Below, piece after piece: positions 30,292 through 39,834 of a stretch of 64,000 nt of DNA; position 1 is the first letter of the stretch, and each line of letters opens with the position of its first letter. The stretch comes from Patescibacteria group bacterium UBA6017 (GTDB taxonomy: Bacteria; Patescibacteriota; Saccharimonadia; UBA4664). Made by a program: the position numbers and the translations under genes. The notes under the pieces are model-generated. The model was not told the DNA's origin. It saw nothing but the letters and a program-made list of their open reading frames with translations, and did no database searches. Location: assembly GCA_002429485.1 (NCBI GenBank), contig DIZX01000015.1:325488-389487 (forward strand). Reading direction: 5' to 3'.

Positions 30292-32055
30292 ATGCAACTT
30301 CGCGCCCATCATCTTGTCGTATCTTTGTTTACCGGTGCGGTTGTACTCGGATCTCTCGCCGTCCTCACAGTAAATCCGCGGACTGCACAGGCTGCCTGCG
30401 CGACCGGCTCGAGCGTCCTTATCACCAGCCCTGCCAATACCGTCACCGGCACCACTCAAACAGGCGTCATTAATCTCTCGGCCTATTCCACCCCCATTGC
30501 GGCCAGCAGCCTCAGCTTTGTATTACTGCCATCTACCGCCACAACCACCCAGCAACCCATTGGTATGGCTACTTTGAACGGGTCTCAGTGGGTTTTGAGC
30601 TGGGACTCCCGCAACCAGCCAAATGGCACGTATCAGCTTATGGCGGTGGCACATTTCGGCACTTCTACCACTCAGGACTGTGCCAGCTCGTTGGTCCCTC
30701 TTAGTGTCTACAACCTCGCTACCCAGGCGCCACTGCTCGAAGGAGCCATTACCCCCAATACTTGGCAGGGGCCATTGGGCTCGAGCGCTCCGTTTAGCCT
30801 CGATGCCTTGTATACCGACCAATACGGCCGCAAGTCCCACGTTAGCCCAGCAAGTGTAAATTGGCATTCTCCGTTTGGTGCAACTTTGCCAGTTAGCGCC
30901 AACCCTACCGTCTTCACAGCCGGCGCAGTCGGTTCAGGCCCGCTCACGGTGGCTTTCTCTTATAATAGTTTGGCGGCTACCGCGATTGCCCAGGTGAAGG
31001 TAAGTGCACCCACAACAACAGCCACCGCTTCCCCGACCCCAACCCCGACTCCGAAGCCTAGCTCCTCCCCCTCGACTGTAAACACAGCCTCCACTGAGCC
31101 AACTCCAACCCCTTCGCCGGTGAGCGCCGCCGACGCCACGCGCCTGGCCGCCATGCCAACCATTTTTCGTCCCACCGCTCCTACCAACTCCGATCCGGTA
31201 GTGAACATCCCAACCCTGAGCTGTCTTGAGATCGCCTTGGGCAAAGTCCGTTTTAGCGAAATCTCTGGCGGCAAGAGCCAGCCGACCGCGGCTGAACGCA
31301 AGCTTGCTGCGGCCTGTTTCTCCGGCGCCGAGCCCATCCCGTCGGTCTTGGCGCCAATCGCGCCCGCCAATCTTACCGAGTTGGATTCTACTACCGATAT
31401 TGTGTCGCTCACCAGTATCGATAATCACACCACGACCGCCAAGAACGGCAAAACGGTCAAAGGTCTGCTGCTTAGCGGCAAGGGTTCTCCAAACTCGAAT
31501 ATTTTCATCTACGTCTTCTCCGACCCGTTAGTGCTCAGGGCCGAAACAGACAGCCAGGGCTCCTGGAAGTACGTTCTCGAAACCCCTCTCAAGGCAGGCC
31601 ATCACGAAGTCTATGCCGTAGCGGAAAAAGACGCCGGCAACTTTGTTCGCACCTCAGCCGTGCCCATCACGATCGCTGCGGCTGCCCAGGGTAGTCAGGA
31701 CGGCAACCTTGTCGTGGAGGGCAAGTGGTCCACCGCCCAGATCGGCTTCGCGGCCGGCGCCGGCGTCCTCGTTCTGGCTGCCTTTGGCGTGCTGTTTACA
31801 ATCATGCGCCGCCGACGGCCAGCCGCCCTCGTTGCTGCCGACACCGTTCACTCGGTTTCAAGCGCCGCCTCGGCACCGGGACCGCTTCCCGGGCTTATCC
31901 AGCCCAATGCGCCCGCAGCTGCCCCGGCCGCCGAGGTCGTTCCCGCGCCGCCAGTCCCTACTCCGCCCGCCACTCCCGCCGCCCCCGCTACCATCGATCC
32001 CGCAGCCGGTCCTAGTCAGCCCACCGAGCCGACCTCCCATGACGCTCAAGTTTAA
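30292..32055 (+). CDS. cell-surface protein: signal peptide, Thr/Pro-rich linker, C-terminal TM anchor and Pro/Ala-rich cytoplasmic tail
   Basis: Signal peptide; TPTPTPKPSSSPS linker; TM segment GFAAGAGVLVLAAFGVLFTIM followed by RRRRP. Confidence 0.5.
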   Translation: MQLRAHHLVVSLFTGAVVLGSLAVLTVNPRTAQAACATGSSVLITSPANTVTGTTQTGVINLSAYSTPIAASSLSFVLLPSTATTTQQPIGMATLNGSQWVLSWDSRNQPNGTYQLMAVAHFGTSTTQDCASSLVPLSVYNLATQAPLLEGAITPNTWQGPLGSSAPFSLDALYTDQYGRKSHVSPASVNWHSPFGATLPVSANPTVFTAGAVGSGPLTVAFSYNSLAATAIAQVKVSAPTTTATASPTPTPTPKPSSSPSTVNTASTEPTPTPSPVSAADATRLAAMPTIFRPTAPTNSDPVVNIPTLSCLEIALGKVRFSEISGGKSQPTAAERKLAAACFSGAEPIPSVLAPIAPANLTELDSTTDIVSLTSIDNHTTTAKNGKTVKGLLLSGKGSPNSNIFIYVFSDPLVLRAETDSQGSWKYVLETPLKAGHHEVYAVAEKDAGNFVRTSAVPITIAAAAQGSQDGNLVVEGKWSTAQIGFAAGAGVLVLAAFGVLFTIMRRRRPAALVAADTVHSVSSAASAPGPLPGLIQPNAPAAAPAAEVVPAPPVPTPPATPAAPATIDPAAGPSQPTEPTSHDAQV

Positions 32056-33406
32056 TCAGCAGCGCCTCGAAGTCGCTTATTCGATATTTTTGGTAATCCT
32101 GATACCGGCCGTCATCGTGGCCGGCACGGTCTGGCTCACCAGCCAAATCAAGAGTGATTTTGATCTCGAATTGCGCCGCAAAGCCAACCTAGCCAATGAG
32201 GTCTTCGGCATTTCGGCGACCAATATCATGAACGCCAACAGTCCCAGCCAAGCGGCAATATTACTGCAGCAACTCGTCGATCAGGCTCGTTCCCAGGCGC
32301 CCGAGATCGATCAGCTCAGCATCGTCAGCTCGAGCGGTACGGGCTTTCGTACCCTAGCTAGCTCGGATACCGCCAAGGTCGGTCAGACCGACACCACCAT
32401 CCAGACTCAGCTCGCTTGGTCAAAAGGGCAATCCATCGCCAGCTTGATTGCCTCGGGCGAGGGCAATGACCGTGAATGGCTCGTAGCAACCCCGCTTATC
32501 GGCTCCGGTGGTCAGCCGTCCGCCATTTCAATCATGCGCGTATCGTTGCACTCTTCCGATGAACTCATTGGTACCACTCTGCGCAATTCCTTTATCGGCC
32601 TCAGTATTATGGTAATAATCATTATCCTGCTGCTTCTCAACCATTTCCGCTTCGTCCAGTACGCCGAGCTCTTCCGCGCCCAAAAAGACCTCAACCAAAT
32701 GAAGGACGACTTTATCAGTATTGCCACCCATGAGCTAAAAGCGCCTATGAGTGTCATCAAGGGTTACCTTTCTATGGTTCTTGAGGAAGATGATCTATCC
32801 AAAACCGCCCGTGAAATGACTACTATTGCCCAGGACCAAACCAACCGCCTGACGCGGCTGGTCACCGACCTACTCGATGTTTCCCGGTTGGAGCAAGGCA
32901 AAACCAAGTATCATCTCAGTCCGGTTAATCTGGCTGCCACTATCGGACCGATGATTAATACTTACGAGGCAAAGGCCAAATCAAAAGGGCTAGCCCTCGT
33001 CTATCAACCGCCCGCCGAGCTGGCATCCGTTATGGCCGATCCGGACCGTGTTAGTGAAATTTTCACCAATCTCATCGACAACGCCATTAAATATTCCCGT
33101 ACCGGCACTGTCACCATCAGTCACGCCACCGCCCCGGGTGTGCTCGCCACCACAGTTAAAGATACCGGCATTGGGCTTACCCCGGATGAAGTCTCGCATT
33201 TGTTCGCCCGCTTCTATCGGGCTAAAAACCTCGATACTCGGGACATCGAGGGTACCGGCCTCGGGTTGTGGATCATCAAGCAGTACATCGAGAAAATGGG
33301 CGGTACCATCGCCGTGGAAAGTGAAAAGGGGGTAGGCTCACAATTTATTGTCACCCTGCCAGTTGCGCCCACGCTCAACGCGTCATCAGCCCAATCCTTG
33401 ACTTAA
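32039..33406 (+). CDS. sensor histidine kinase (orphan; no cognate RR adjacent)
   Basis: TM helix; H-box ATHELKAPMSVIKGY; HATPase N/G boxes (IDNAIKYS, GTGLGLWIIK). ATG 32039 overlaps the upstream stop; the track 5' extension to 31643 is rejected. Confidence 0.8.
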   Translation: MTLKFNQQRLEVAYSIFLVILIPAVIVAGTVWLTSQIKSDFDLELRRKANLANEVFGISATNIMNANSPSQAAILLQQLVDQARSQAPEIDQLSIVSSSGTGFRTLASSDTAKVGQTDTTIQTQLAWSKGQSIASLIASGEGNDREWLVATPLIGSGGQPSAISIMRVSLHSSDELIGTTLRNSFIGLSIMVIIIILLLLNHFRFVQYAELFRAQKDLNQMKDDFISIATHELKAPMSVIKGYLSMVLEEDDLSKTAREMTTIAQDQTNRLTRLVTDLLDVSRLEQGKTKYHLSPVNLAATIGPMINTYEAKAKSKGLALVYQPPAELASVMADPDRVSEIFTNLIDNAIKYSRTGTVTISHATAPGVLATTVKDTGIGLTPDEVSHLFARFYRAKNLDTRDIEGTGLGLWIIKQYIEKMGGTIAVESEKGVGSQFIVTLPVAPTLNASSAQSLT

Positions 33407-33909
33407 ATTCAATAATATGCTACTCTGCAAAATACTCTTTAACAACAAAGCCTTTGCGTAGCGGTAATTAGCCTCGACCTGCGAGCCTAGCTACTGCTAC
33501 GTAACGTAGCGATTAATTTGTGCGCGGTTCTCGTTCGTTCGCCCCCTCGGACGATACTTGAGCTGTGCCTGCGGTAGCAGTGTTGACCCTGAAGTGCAGA
33601 CTTTTTGTACGGATGGTGACCACTGTCACGCACCTTGCTGGGGTGTGGGACGGCGCTTTTGCGGGCGCCTCTACGACAGCCAGGACGGGATTAGCCACTT
33701 GTTTGCTTGCGAAATTCTCGTGAGTAAACAGCTAATTTTTCGAGACTCACCTCTCGGAATACGCCGCTTGAGGCGTTCCCAACCTGAAGTGATCTGAGAG
33801 GATACCGCCGCTGGGGTTGCTCCCGGACGCGGTGTCTGTGCCCCTCCCAGATTATCTAGACTCGACCGCACATCGAGGCAGTGCACGGATCTCCGACTGT
33901 TCAGTAAGT

Positions 33910-34259
33910 GGAGATTAACTCGGGTAAGTGCGGCACCGTGAACATACGGTGCCAGCTAACTCAATATAATCAGGATTTGGTCCGCAAACCACTTTCTGAG
34001 GGCAATCGGCTTGTCCGGACTGGTCATTTTGACAGGAACTATAGCCGATGAGGAGCTGCTGTAATGTGTCCCCGAGGACACGAAGCTCCAATAACCAAAC
34101 CAGGATGGGCTGGTTCGCTTCAAAAGTCGCGAGACTTTAGTCGACGAGGGCTACTGCCCTAGCGGACATTCGTCCGTGTCGATTCTCGTTTTCAGGGTCG
34201 GGCTCCCATCAGCCCCCACCTTTCCTTCTATCCGGCGGTCACCGCCGGATCCGAGCCCC
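33910..34259 (+). ncRNA. candidate structured ncRNA (tmRNA-like features; unverified) ending AAGCUCCACCA
   Basis: No coding potential. The 3' end aagctccacca is followed immediately by an intrinsic terminator (34260-34280). A short ORF-like stretch ends in UAA (34062-34064) just ahead of a hairpin (gtgtcc-ccga-ggacac). The 5' boundary is uncertain. Confidence 0.25.
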
Positions 34260-34280
34260 AAGCTCCACCAGAGCCTAGGG
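34260..34280 (+). terminator. intrinsic terminator
   Basis: agagcc-tag-ggctct followed by ttttc. Confidence 0.7.
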
Positions 34281-34923
34281 CTCTTTTTCTTTGATTTTTC
34301 TTCCCCAGCCGGGAAGATCTCCGGTACGCATGGACATGAAAAAGCGGACCGAATCTTCGGTCCGCCAGGGCGGATGGGGCTGAGCCATGCGGCCCAGCCC
34401 CCAACTTTCTTGATGTTTCCAGTGCCTCCTAGTCTAGTTCGCCGGGCCTCGGAATCTGCTTCGGGTTTGGGTGGGTGCGCCTCCACGCAGCCCGTTTTCG
34501 TTCTCGATCAACAGCCGCAGCCATCTGCTCCGGCGTACGGGCTTTGCGTGGAGGGGATTTTCTTGGGTGGTTAGGATCTGTTGTCAGCATCCTGAGGGAG
34601 GGCAGGTAAAAAGGCATCGCATACCTCTTTCTTGGAGTGCGGGTCGTTTCTTCGGTCCGCCGCTAGAAACGCACATCTGGCGGTGGGACCAGCTGTCCTG
34701 GGTGGGTGCGGAACCATTCCTCTCGCCGATTTGCGGACTTCTTGTCCGCGGCTCGTTGCTCTGGCGTACGGTTGTCGGGTGGCGGAGCAACGACCGGGTC
34801 GCCGTCACATCTCGACCAATCACCGGAATAGCGTGTGCCAATGACCATTTCATCCCTCCATAAGGTGCGGGCCGGCCGGGTTGGCCAACATAAACGCAAT
34901 CTTAAAAATCTTTTCGAGATTTG

Positions 34924-34952
34924 TCAAGCCCGTACTCCGCCTGTATAATCAA
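34924..34952 (+). promoter_or_regulatory. sigma70 consensus promoter for lepA (TTGTCA-17-TATAAT)
   Basis: atTTGTCAagcccgtactccgcctgTATAATcaac, 6 nt upstream of the lepA GTG. Confidence 0.7.
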
Positions 34953-34957
34953 CTACT

Positions 34958-36742
34958 GTGAACCAACCCCATACCCGAAATTTTTGTATCATCGCGCATA
35001 TCGACCATGGTAAGTCTACCTTGGCCGATCGCATGCTCGAGCTCACCGGCACCGTCCACAAGCGAGACATGCAGGCCCAACTCCTCGATTCTATGGATCT
35101 CGAGCGCGAAAAAGGCATTACCATCAAGCTCCAGCCCGTGCGCATGGCCTGGAAAGAACATCGTCTCAACCTCATCGACACCCCCGGACACGTCGACTTC
35201 AGCTATGAGGTCTCGCGTAGCCTCGCCGCCTGCGAGGGCGCTGTGCTGGTGGTGGACGCCTCGCAGGGCATCCAGGCACAAACCCTGGCCAACGTCTACC
35301 TCGCCATCGAGGCCGGCCTTACTATCATCCCTGTACTCAACAAAATCGACCTGCCTGCTGCCGATCCGGAGCGCGTGGCCGGCGAAGTGGCCAGCCTCCT
35401 CGGCGTCGACCCCGATACCATCCTGCGCGTCTCCGGCAAAACCGGCGCCGGCGTGCCTGAGCTCCTCGATATGATTGTCGAAAAAGTCCCGCCTCCGTCC
35501 GGCGATCCCGAAGCCCCGTTGCGCGCCCTCGTTTTCGACAGCGTCTTCGACGACTACCGTGGCGTCATCCTATTTGTGCGCATCGTCGACGGCCAGCTCA
35601 AGCGCCACGACACCCTGAGGCTCATCAACGCCGCCACCGACGGCCTGGCCGTGGAAACTGGCATGTTCGCGCCCAAGCAAACCGCCGTTCCATTGCTCGA
35701 AACTGGCCAAATCGGTTATGTGGTCACCAACCTCAAATCCATCGCCGAAGCCCGGGTGGGGGACACCGTCACGCTCAGCGCCAACCGCGCCGCTGAAGCT
35801 CTTCATGGTTACCGCCAAGTCAAACCCTTTGTTTTCGCCGGCTTTTTCCCTACCAGTAACGAGCAATACCCCGCCCTCAAAGACGCTCTCGAAAAACTCA
35901 AGCTCAACGACGCCGCCCTCATCTACGAGCCCGAATCTTCCCAGGTGCTCGGCTTCGGCTACCGCGTTGGCTTCCTCGGTCTGCTGCATCTCGACATCAT
36001 CAAGGAGCGCCTCGAGCGCGAATACGGCCTCGATATGGTAGTCACCAGCCCCAGTACCGACTACATCGTGCGTAGCCACGACGGCACCGAACGCACCATC
36101 CGCTCCGCCGCTGACCTTCCCGATCCCAGCTACATCGAAGAAGTCCGAGAGCCCTGGATCACTGGTGAAGTCGTGGTCCCCGGCGACTACATCGGCGGCG
36201 TCATTCAGCTCGTCAACCGTATCCGCGGTATCCAGAAAAACCTTACCTACGTCGACGAAAAACTCGCCCTCATCGCCTTCGACGCCCCTCTCGCCAATGT
36301 CCTCACCGACTTCTATGACTCACTCAAATCCATTACCAGCGGCTACGGCAGCTTCAACTATGAGCTCGCCGCCTATCGCCGCGAAGAATTAGTCCGCCTC
36401 GACATCCTCGTCGGCGGCGATATGGTCGACGCGCTCTCCCTGATCGCCCACAAAGACGAGGCCTACCGCGCCGGCAAGCAGATCGTCGAAAAGCTCAAAA
36501 CCCTCATTCCCAAGCAAAACTTCGAAGTTTCCCTCCAAGCCGCCATCGGGGGCAAAATCATTGCCCGCGAAGACGTGAAAGCCGTGCGTAAAGACGTTAT
36601 CGCCGGCCTCTACGGCGGCGACGTAACCCGCAAAAATAAGCTCCTCGATAAACAGAAAAAAGGCAAAAAGCGCATGAAACGCGTCGGTAAATTCGACATC
36701 CCCGCCGAAGCCTTCATGATCCTCGTCAGCAAGGATAGCTAA
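34958..36742 (+). CDS. lepA: elongation factor 4 (LepA)
   Basis: IRNFCIIAHIDHGKSTLADR G1 motif, DTPGHVDF, and the conserved LepA C-terminal domain. GTG start. Confidence 0.95.
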   Translation: MNQPHTRNFCIIAHIDHGKSTLADRMLELTGTVHKRDMQAQLLDSMDLEREKGITIKLQPVRMAWKEHRLNLIDTPGHVDFSYEVSRSLAACEGAVLVVDASQGIQAQTLANVYLAIEAGLTIIPVLNKIDLPAADPERVAGEVASLLGVDPDTILRVSGKTGAGVPELLDMIVEKVPPPSGDPEAPLRALVFDSVFDDYRGVILFVRIVDGQLKRHDTLRLINAATDGLAVETGMFAPKQTAVPLLETGQIGYVVTNLKSIAEARVGDTVTLSANRAAEALHGYRQVKPFVFAGFFPTSNEQYPALKDALEKLKLNDAALIYEPESSQVLGFGYRVGFLGLLHLDIIKERLEREYGLDMVVTSPSTDYIVRSHDGTERTIRSAADLPDPSYIEEVREPWITGEVVVPGDYIGGVIQLVNRIRGIQKNLTYVDEKLALIAFDAPLANVLTDFYDSLKSITSGYGSFNYELAAYRREELVRLDILVGGDMVDALSLIAHKDEAYRAGKQIVEKLKTLIPKQNFEVSLQAAIGGKIIAREDVKAVRKDVIAGLYGGDVTRKNKLLDKQKKGKKRMKRVGKFDIPAEAFMILVSKDS

Positions 36743-36851
36743 TTCTGCCGCTCGAGCAGCACTCTCAAAACCGTATCAGGTAGGATAGACAGCGATCAAG
36801 CCATCCATCCTACCCGATAAGTGAGCCAACCATCTCAGAGACATGGTTGGT

Positions 36852-37062
<211 letters not shown>

Positions 37063-37101
37063 TTATATAAATTCACAATAAAAATATTTAACAAGACCTA
37101 T

Positions 37102-37527
37102 TCACCGCGCCTCAAAATCCTGCAAAATCTGTACCGAATGCCCCTTCGGCGTCACCTTGGGGTACTCTTTGGCTATCATTCCGTCCGGATTTATCAGAAA
37201 TGTCATTCGTTTTGTGCCTATCAGCCCCTTTGCACCATAAGCTTCAATCGTTTCTCCCGCCACATCTGCCAATATCGGGAAGTTGAGCTGGTACTTGGCG
37301 GCAAACTTGGCATGGCTAGCCACCGAGTCGTGCGATACACCGAGTACTTGCAGGCCTTTTTGTTGTATCAGCGCATAATCATCCCGAAATGCACACGCCT
37401 CGGTGGTGCACCCGGGAGTGTCGTCCTGAGGGTAAAAGTACAAAATCAACCACCTCCCGGAATAATCCGAGAGGCTATGATTTGTGCCGGTTTGGTCGGG
37501 CAAGGTGAAGTCAGTCGCTTTTTCCAA
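37102..37527 (-). CDS. bcp: peroxiredoxin Bcp (thiol peroxidase)
   Basis: Peroxidatic-Cys motif DDTPGCTTEACAFRD; AhpC/TSA fold, about 140 aa. Confidence 0.85.
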   Translation of the reverse strand: MEKATDFTLPDQTGTNHSLSDYSGRWLILYFYPQDDTPGCTTEACAFRDDYALIQQKGLQVLGVSHDSVASHAKFAAKYQLNFPILADVAGETIEAYGAKGLIGTKRMTFLINPDGMIAKEYPKVTPKGHSVQILQDFEAR

Positions 37528-37531
37528 CAGC

Positions 37532-37684
37532 CTACACTCCGCCCTTGCGGCGTCCGGCGATCATATTGTAGATAAACACGATCACGGCCACCACGAGCAA
37601 GACGTGAATTAACCCGCCCCCAATGTTGCCGATCAGCCCGAGCAACCAGAGCACCAGTAGAATACCAATTATTGTGTAAATCAT
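37532..37684 (-). CDS. lmo0937-family small membrane protein (50 aa), paralog of 36852-37002
   Basis: MIYTIIGILLVLWLLGLIGNIGGGLIHVLLVVAVIVFIYNMIAGRRKGGV. Confidence 0.6.
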   Translation of the reverse strand: MIYTIIGILLVLWLLGLIGNIGGGLIHVLLVVAVIVFIYNMIAGRRKGGV

Positions 37685-37819
37685 AAAAATTCCTTTATCT
37701 AACGTATAAAGTCTGATCTAACCTACCGAAACTTCCTTTGGCTAAACTCACAAACATCAACTCCAAGATTTGCCCGTCTTATGATTATGCCCACATTGAG
37801 TTCTGTGGTTTTATCGCGG

Positions 37820-37846
37820 TTAGCACTCTTGACGTTAGAGTGCTAA
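37820..37846. promoter_or_regulatory. CIRCE operator (HrcA binding site), perfect
   Basis: TTAGCACTC-ttgacgtta-GAGTGCTAA. The spacer contains a TTGAC -35-like hexamer. About 20 nt upstream of hrcA. Confidence 0.9.
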
Positions 37847-37863
37847 CCACCTAGAATAACCTT

Positions 37864-38559
37864 ATGACACCGCGCCAGGAACAAATCTTAAACGCCATCG
37901 TAGAGACCTATGCCAAGACCGCCGAGCCGATCGGGTCTATGGCGTTGTGCGAACAGTTCGACACTTCCAGTGCCACCATCCGTGCCGAGATGGCTGCCCT
38001 TGAGGCTAACGGTTACATCATGCAGCCGCACATCTCGGCCGGCCGCGTGCCCACCGACAAGGGCTACCGCGCCTATGTGAACGCCCTCGTCGAGCAGCCC
38101 TCCCACGACGGCCGTCACGAGCAGGCCATGGCTCGCCAGATCAAATCGGCCGGCGAAATGGAGCGCACCATCAAAAATGCGGTCGAATCGCTGGCCCACG
38201 TCACCAGCAACCTCGGGCTCGGCACTATCTCCGGCAACCTGTACCTTTCCGGCATGGCCAGCCTGTTTCAGCAGCCCGAATTTTTCGGCGGCACTCAGGC
38301 CTATGAGGTTGCCCGCTTGCTCGACAGTCTCGAAGAGTGGCTCGCCGAAGCCGCCCCCAATGACCCGATTAGCGTCTACATCGGCCGCGAAAATCCTATC
38401 GGTCGCGCTAGCGGTGCTACCCTTATTATTAGTCGGTTCGAATCACCGTTTAGCTCGCGCAGTTACATCGGCGTCCTCGGACCCACCCGCCAAAATTACG
38501 GCCCCGTGATTGGCCTCGTTCAATACACCGGTCAGTTGCTCGAAGAAGCGTTGAATTAG
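37864..38559 (+). CDS. hrcA: heat-inducible transcription repressor HrcA (short form, 231 aa)
   Basis: N-terminal winged-helix block RQEQILNAIVETYAKTAEPIGS...GYI. Preceded by CIRCE. Shorter than the typical roughly 340 aa. Confidence 0.75.
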   Translation: MTPRQEQILNAIVETYAKTAEPIGSMALCEQFDTSSATIRAEMAALEANGYIMQPHISAGRVPTDKGYRAYVNALVEQPSHDGRHEQAMARQIKSAGEMERTIKNAVESLAHVTSNLGLGTISGNLYLSGMASLFQQPEFFGGTQAYEVARLLDSLEEWLAEAAPNDPISVYIGRENPIGRASGATLIISRFESPFSSRSYIGVLGPTRQNYGPVIGLVQYTGQLLEEALN

Positions 38560-38567
38560 GAGAAATT

Positions 38568-39125
38568 ATGTCGAAATTAGATGACGCCCAGAAAAAAGCC
38601 AAAAAAATCCTCGAAGATATGGAGGGTATTTCGCATACTGAAGTAAACGTCGAAACTAACTCCGAGCAAACCGTCACCAGCGGTTCAGTTAGTTCTGACC
38701 CAGATGAGCGCGTCAACGAGCTCACCGCTGACCTCCAGCGCGTGCAGGCCGAATTTCAGAACTACAAGCGCCGCACCGAGGGTGAAAAAACCGAAGTTTT
38801 CGATTTTGCCAAAAATCGCGTTGTTCGAGAATTTCTCTCCACCCGCGATAGTTTTGACCAGGAGCTGGCGCATCGTCCGGCCGACGTCGACCCCAAATGG
38901 GCCGCCAGCATCGACGCCATCCGCGCCCAATTCGACAAGGTCCTCAGTAACCTCGGCGTTGAGCGCTTCGAATCCGTCGGCCAACCCTTCGACCCGCACC
39001 TGCACGAAGCCATCTCGATGGACGGCGGGGATGAAGTGGTGATCGAAGAGCTGCAAGCCGGTTATAAACTCGGACCCGCTATTTTGCGCCACGCCATGGT
39101 AAAAGTCGGTCCGGCCAGCCATTGA
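38568..39125 (+). CDS. grpE: nucleotide exchange factor GrpE
   Basis: Coiled-coil N-terminus (LQRVQAEFQNYKRRTEGE) and C-terminal beta domain (HEAISM...V...V); operon position. Confidence 0.85.
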   Translation: MSKLDDAQKKAKKILEDMEGISHTEVNVETNSEQTVTSGSVSSDPDERVNELTADLQRVQAEFQNYKRRTEGEKTEVFDFAKNRVVREFLSTRDSFDQELAHRPADVDPKWAASIDAIRAQFDKVLSNLGVERFESVGQPFDPHLHEAISMDGGDEVVIEELQAGYKLGPAILRHAMVKVGPASH

Positions 39126-39185
39126 CGCTTGTGCTTACGAATGCTTAACTTAAGCTGAGTATTACCCAAACAAGGACCATCATTC

Positions 39186-39698
39186 ATGTACAACACAGCA
39201 GCATCAGCTCCGACCACCACGACGGACCCCGCAGCAGCAGCCGCTGTGCTCGGCATCGCCCTCGCCGGGGTTCTCATATCAATCTTATTCTTCGCCATTC
39301 CACTACTGGTCGCCGAATGGAAATTATTCGAGAAAGCCGGCAAACCAGGTTGGGCTGCCATTGTCCCGTTTTATAATTTCTGGGTCATGAAAGAAATTGG
39401 CGGCATCGAAGATTGGAAATTCTGGGTCTTTCTCGGCGGAAGCCTTGCCGGCGCTATTCCGTTTTTTGGCATAATCTTCAGCATCGTCGCTTTAGTGATG
39501 GAAATCATGATCATCATTGGCTTCGCTAAGCGCTTCGACCGTGATGCCGGATTCTGGGTCCTGCTTTATCTCCTGCCAATCGTCGGTGTCTTCATGGTCA
39601 ACAAGGCCAATTACATTGGTACCGCCAGCGTTGATGCTCCTCCGGCCGTACCACCCGTCGCTCCGGTCGCACCAACACCGCCCGCCCCTACGGCGTAG
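39186..39698 (+). CDS. hypothetical polytopic membrane protein with a Pro/Ala-rich tail
   Basis: Four TM helices; FYNFWVMKEIGG motif; C-terminal PPAVPPVAPVAPTPPAPTA. Confidence 0.45.
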   Translation: MYNTAASAPTTTTDPAAAAAVLGIALAGVLISILFFAIPLLVAEWKLFEKAGKPGWAAIVPFYNFWVMKEIGGIEDWKFWVFLGGSLAGAIPFFGIIFSIVALVMEIMIIIGFAKRFDRDAGFWVLLYLLPIVGVFMVNKANYIGTASVDAPPAVPPVAPVAPTPPAPTA

Positions 39699-39735
39699 CT
39701 CCTAGCCGTTCGCACAATTTAAGCCCCAAACGCAA

Positions 39736-39762
39736 TTAGCACTCTTGACATGAGAGTGCTAA
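39736..39762. promoter_or_regulatory. second perfect CIRCE operator, upstream of dnaK
   Basis: TTAGCACTC-ttgacatga-GAGTGCTAA at about -75 from the dnaK ATG. A half-site-like gagtgctaa recurs at about 39800. Confidence 0.9.
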
Positions 39763-39834
39763 TTTCTTACAATATCGTCATATCAGCACCCCATCATACT
39801 GAGTGCTAACTTAAGCAATAGGAGAAACTGCTAC

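Noticed and set aside
31643-32038. 5' extension of the histidine kinase ORF back to 31643, and likewise 45519-45713 for comEC and 7259-7456 for the membrane protein.
   Set aside because: Each extension overlaps the upstream gene in another frame and is Pro/Arg/Ser-rich. Internal ATGs sit where the upstream stop falls (32039, 45714, 7457) and where the recognisable protein begins.
33900-34300. RNase P RNA or rRNA fragment in the non-coding gap. Short matches were seen (GGTAAGTGCGGCACC against GGUAAGAGCGCACC; GTGCCAGC against the 16S 515 site; GGGTCGGGCTCCCATCAG against P4-like GUCCGGGCUCCAUAG).
   Set aside because: The matches are short and in the wrong order and spacing for the RNase P type A/B architecture. 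There is no CR-V ACAGAACCCGGCUUA counterpart. The 16S match does not extend. The region is kept only as an unassigned candidate ncRNA.
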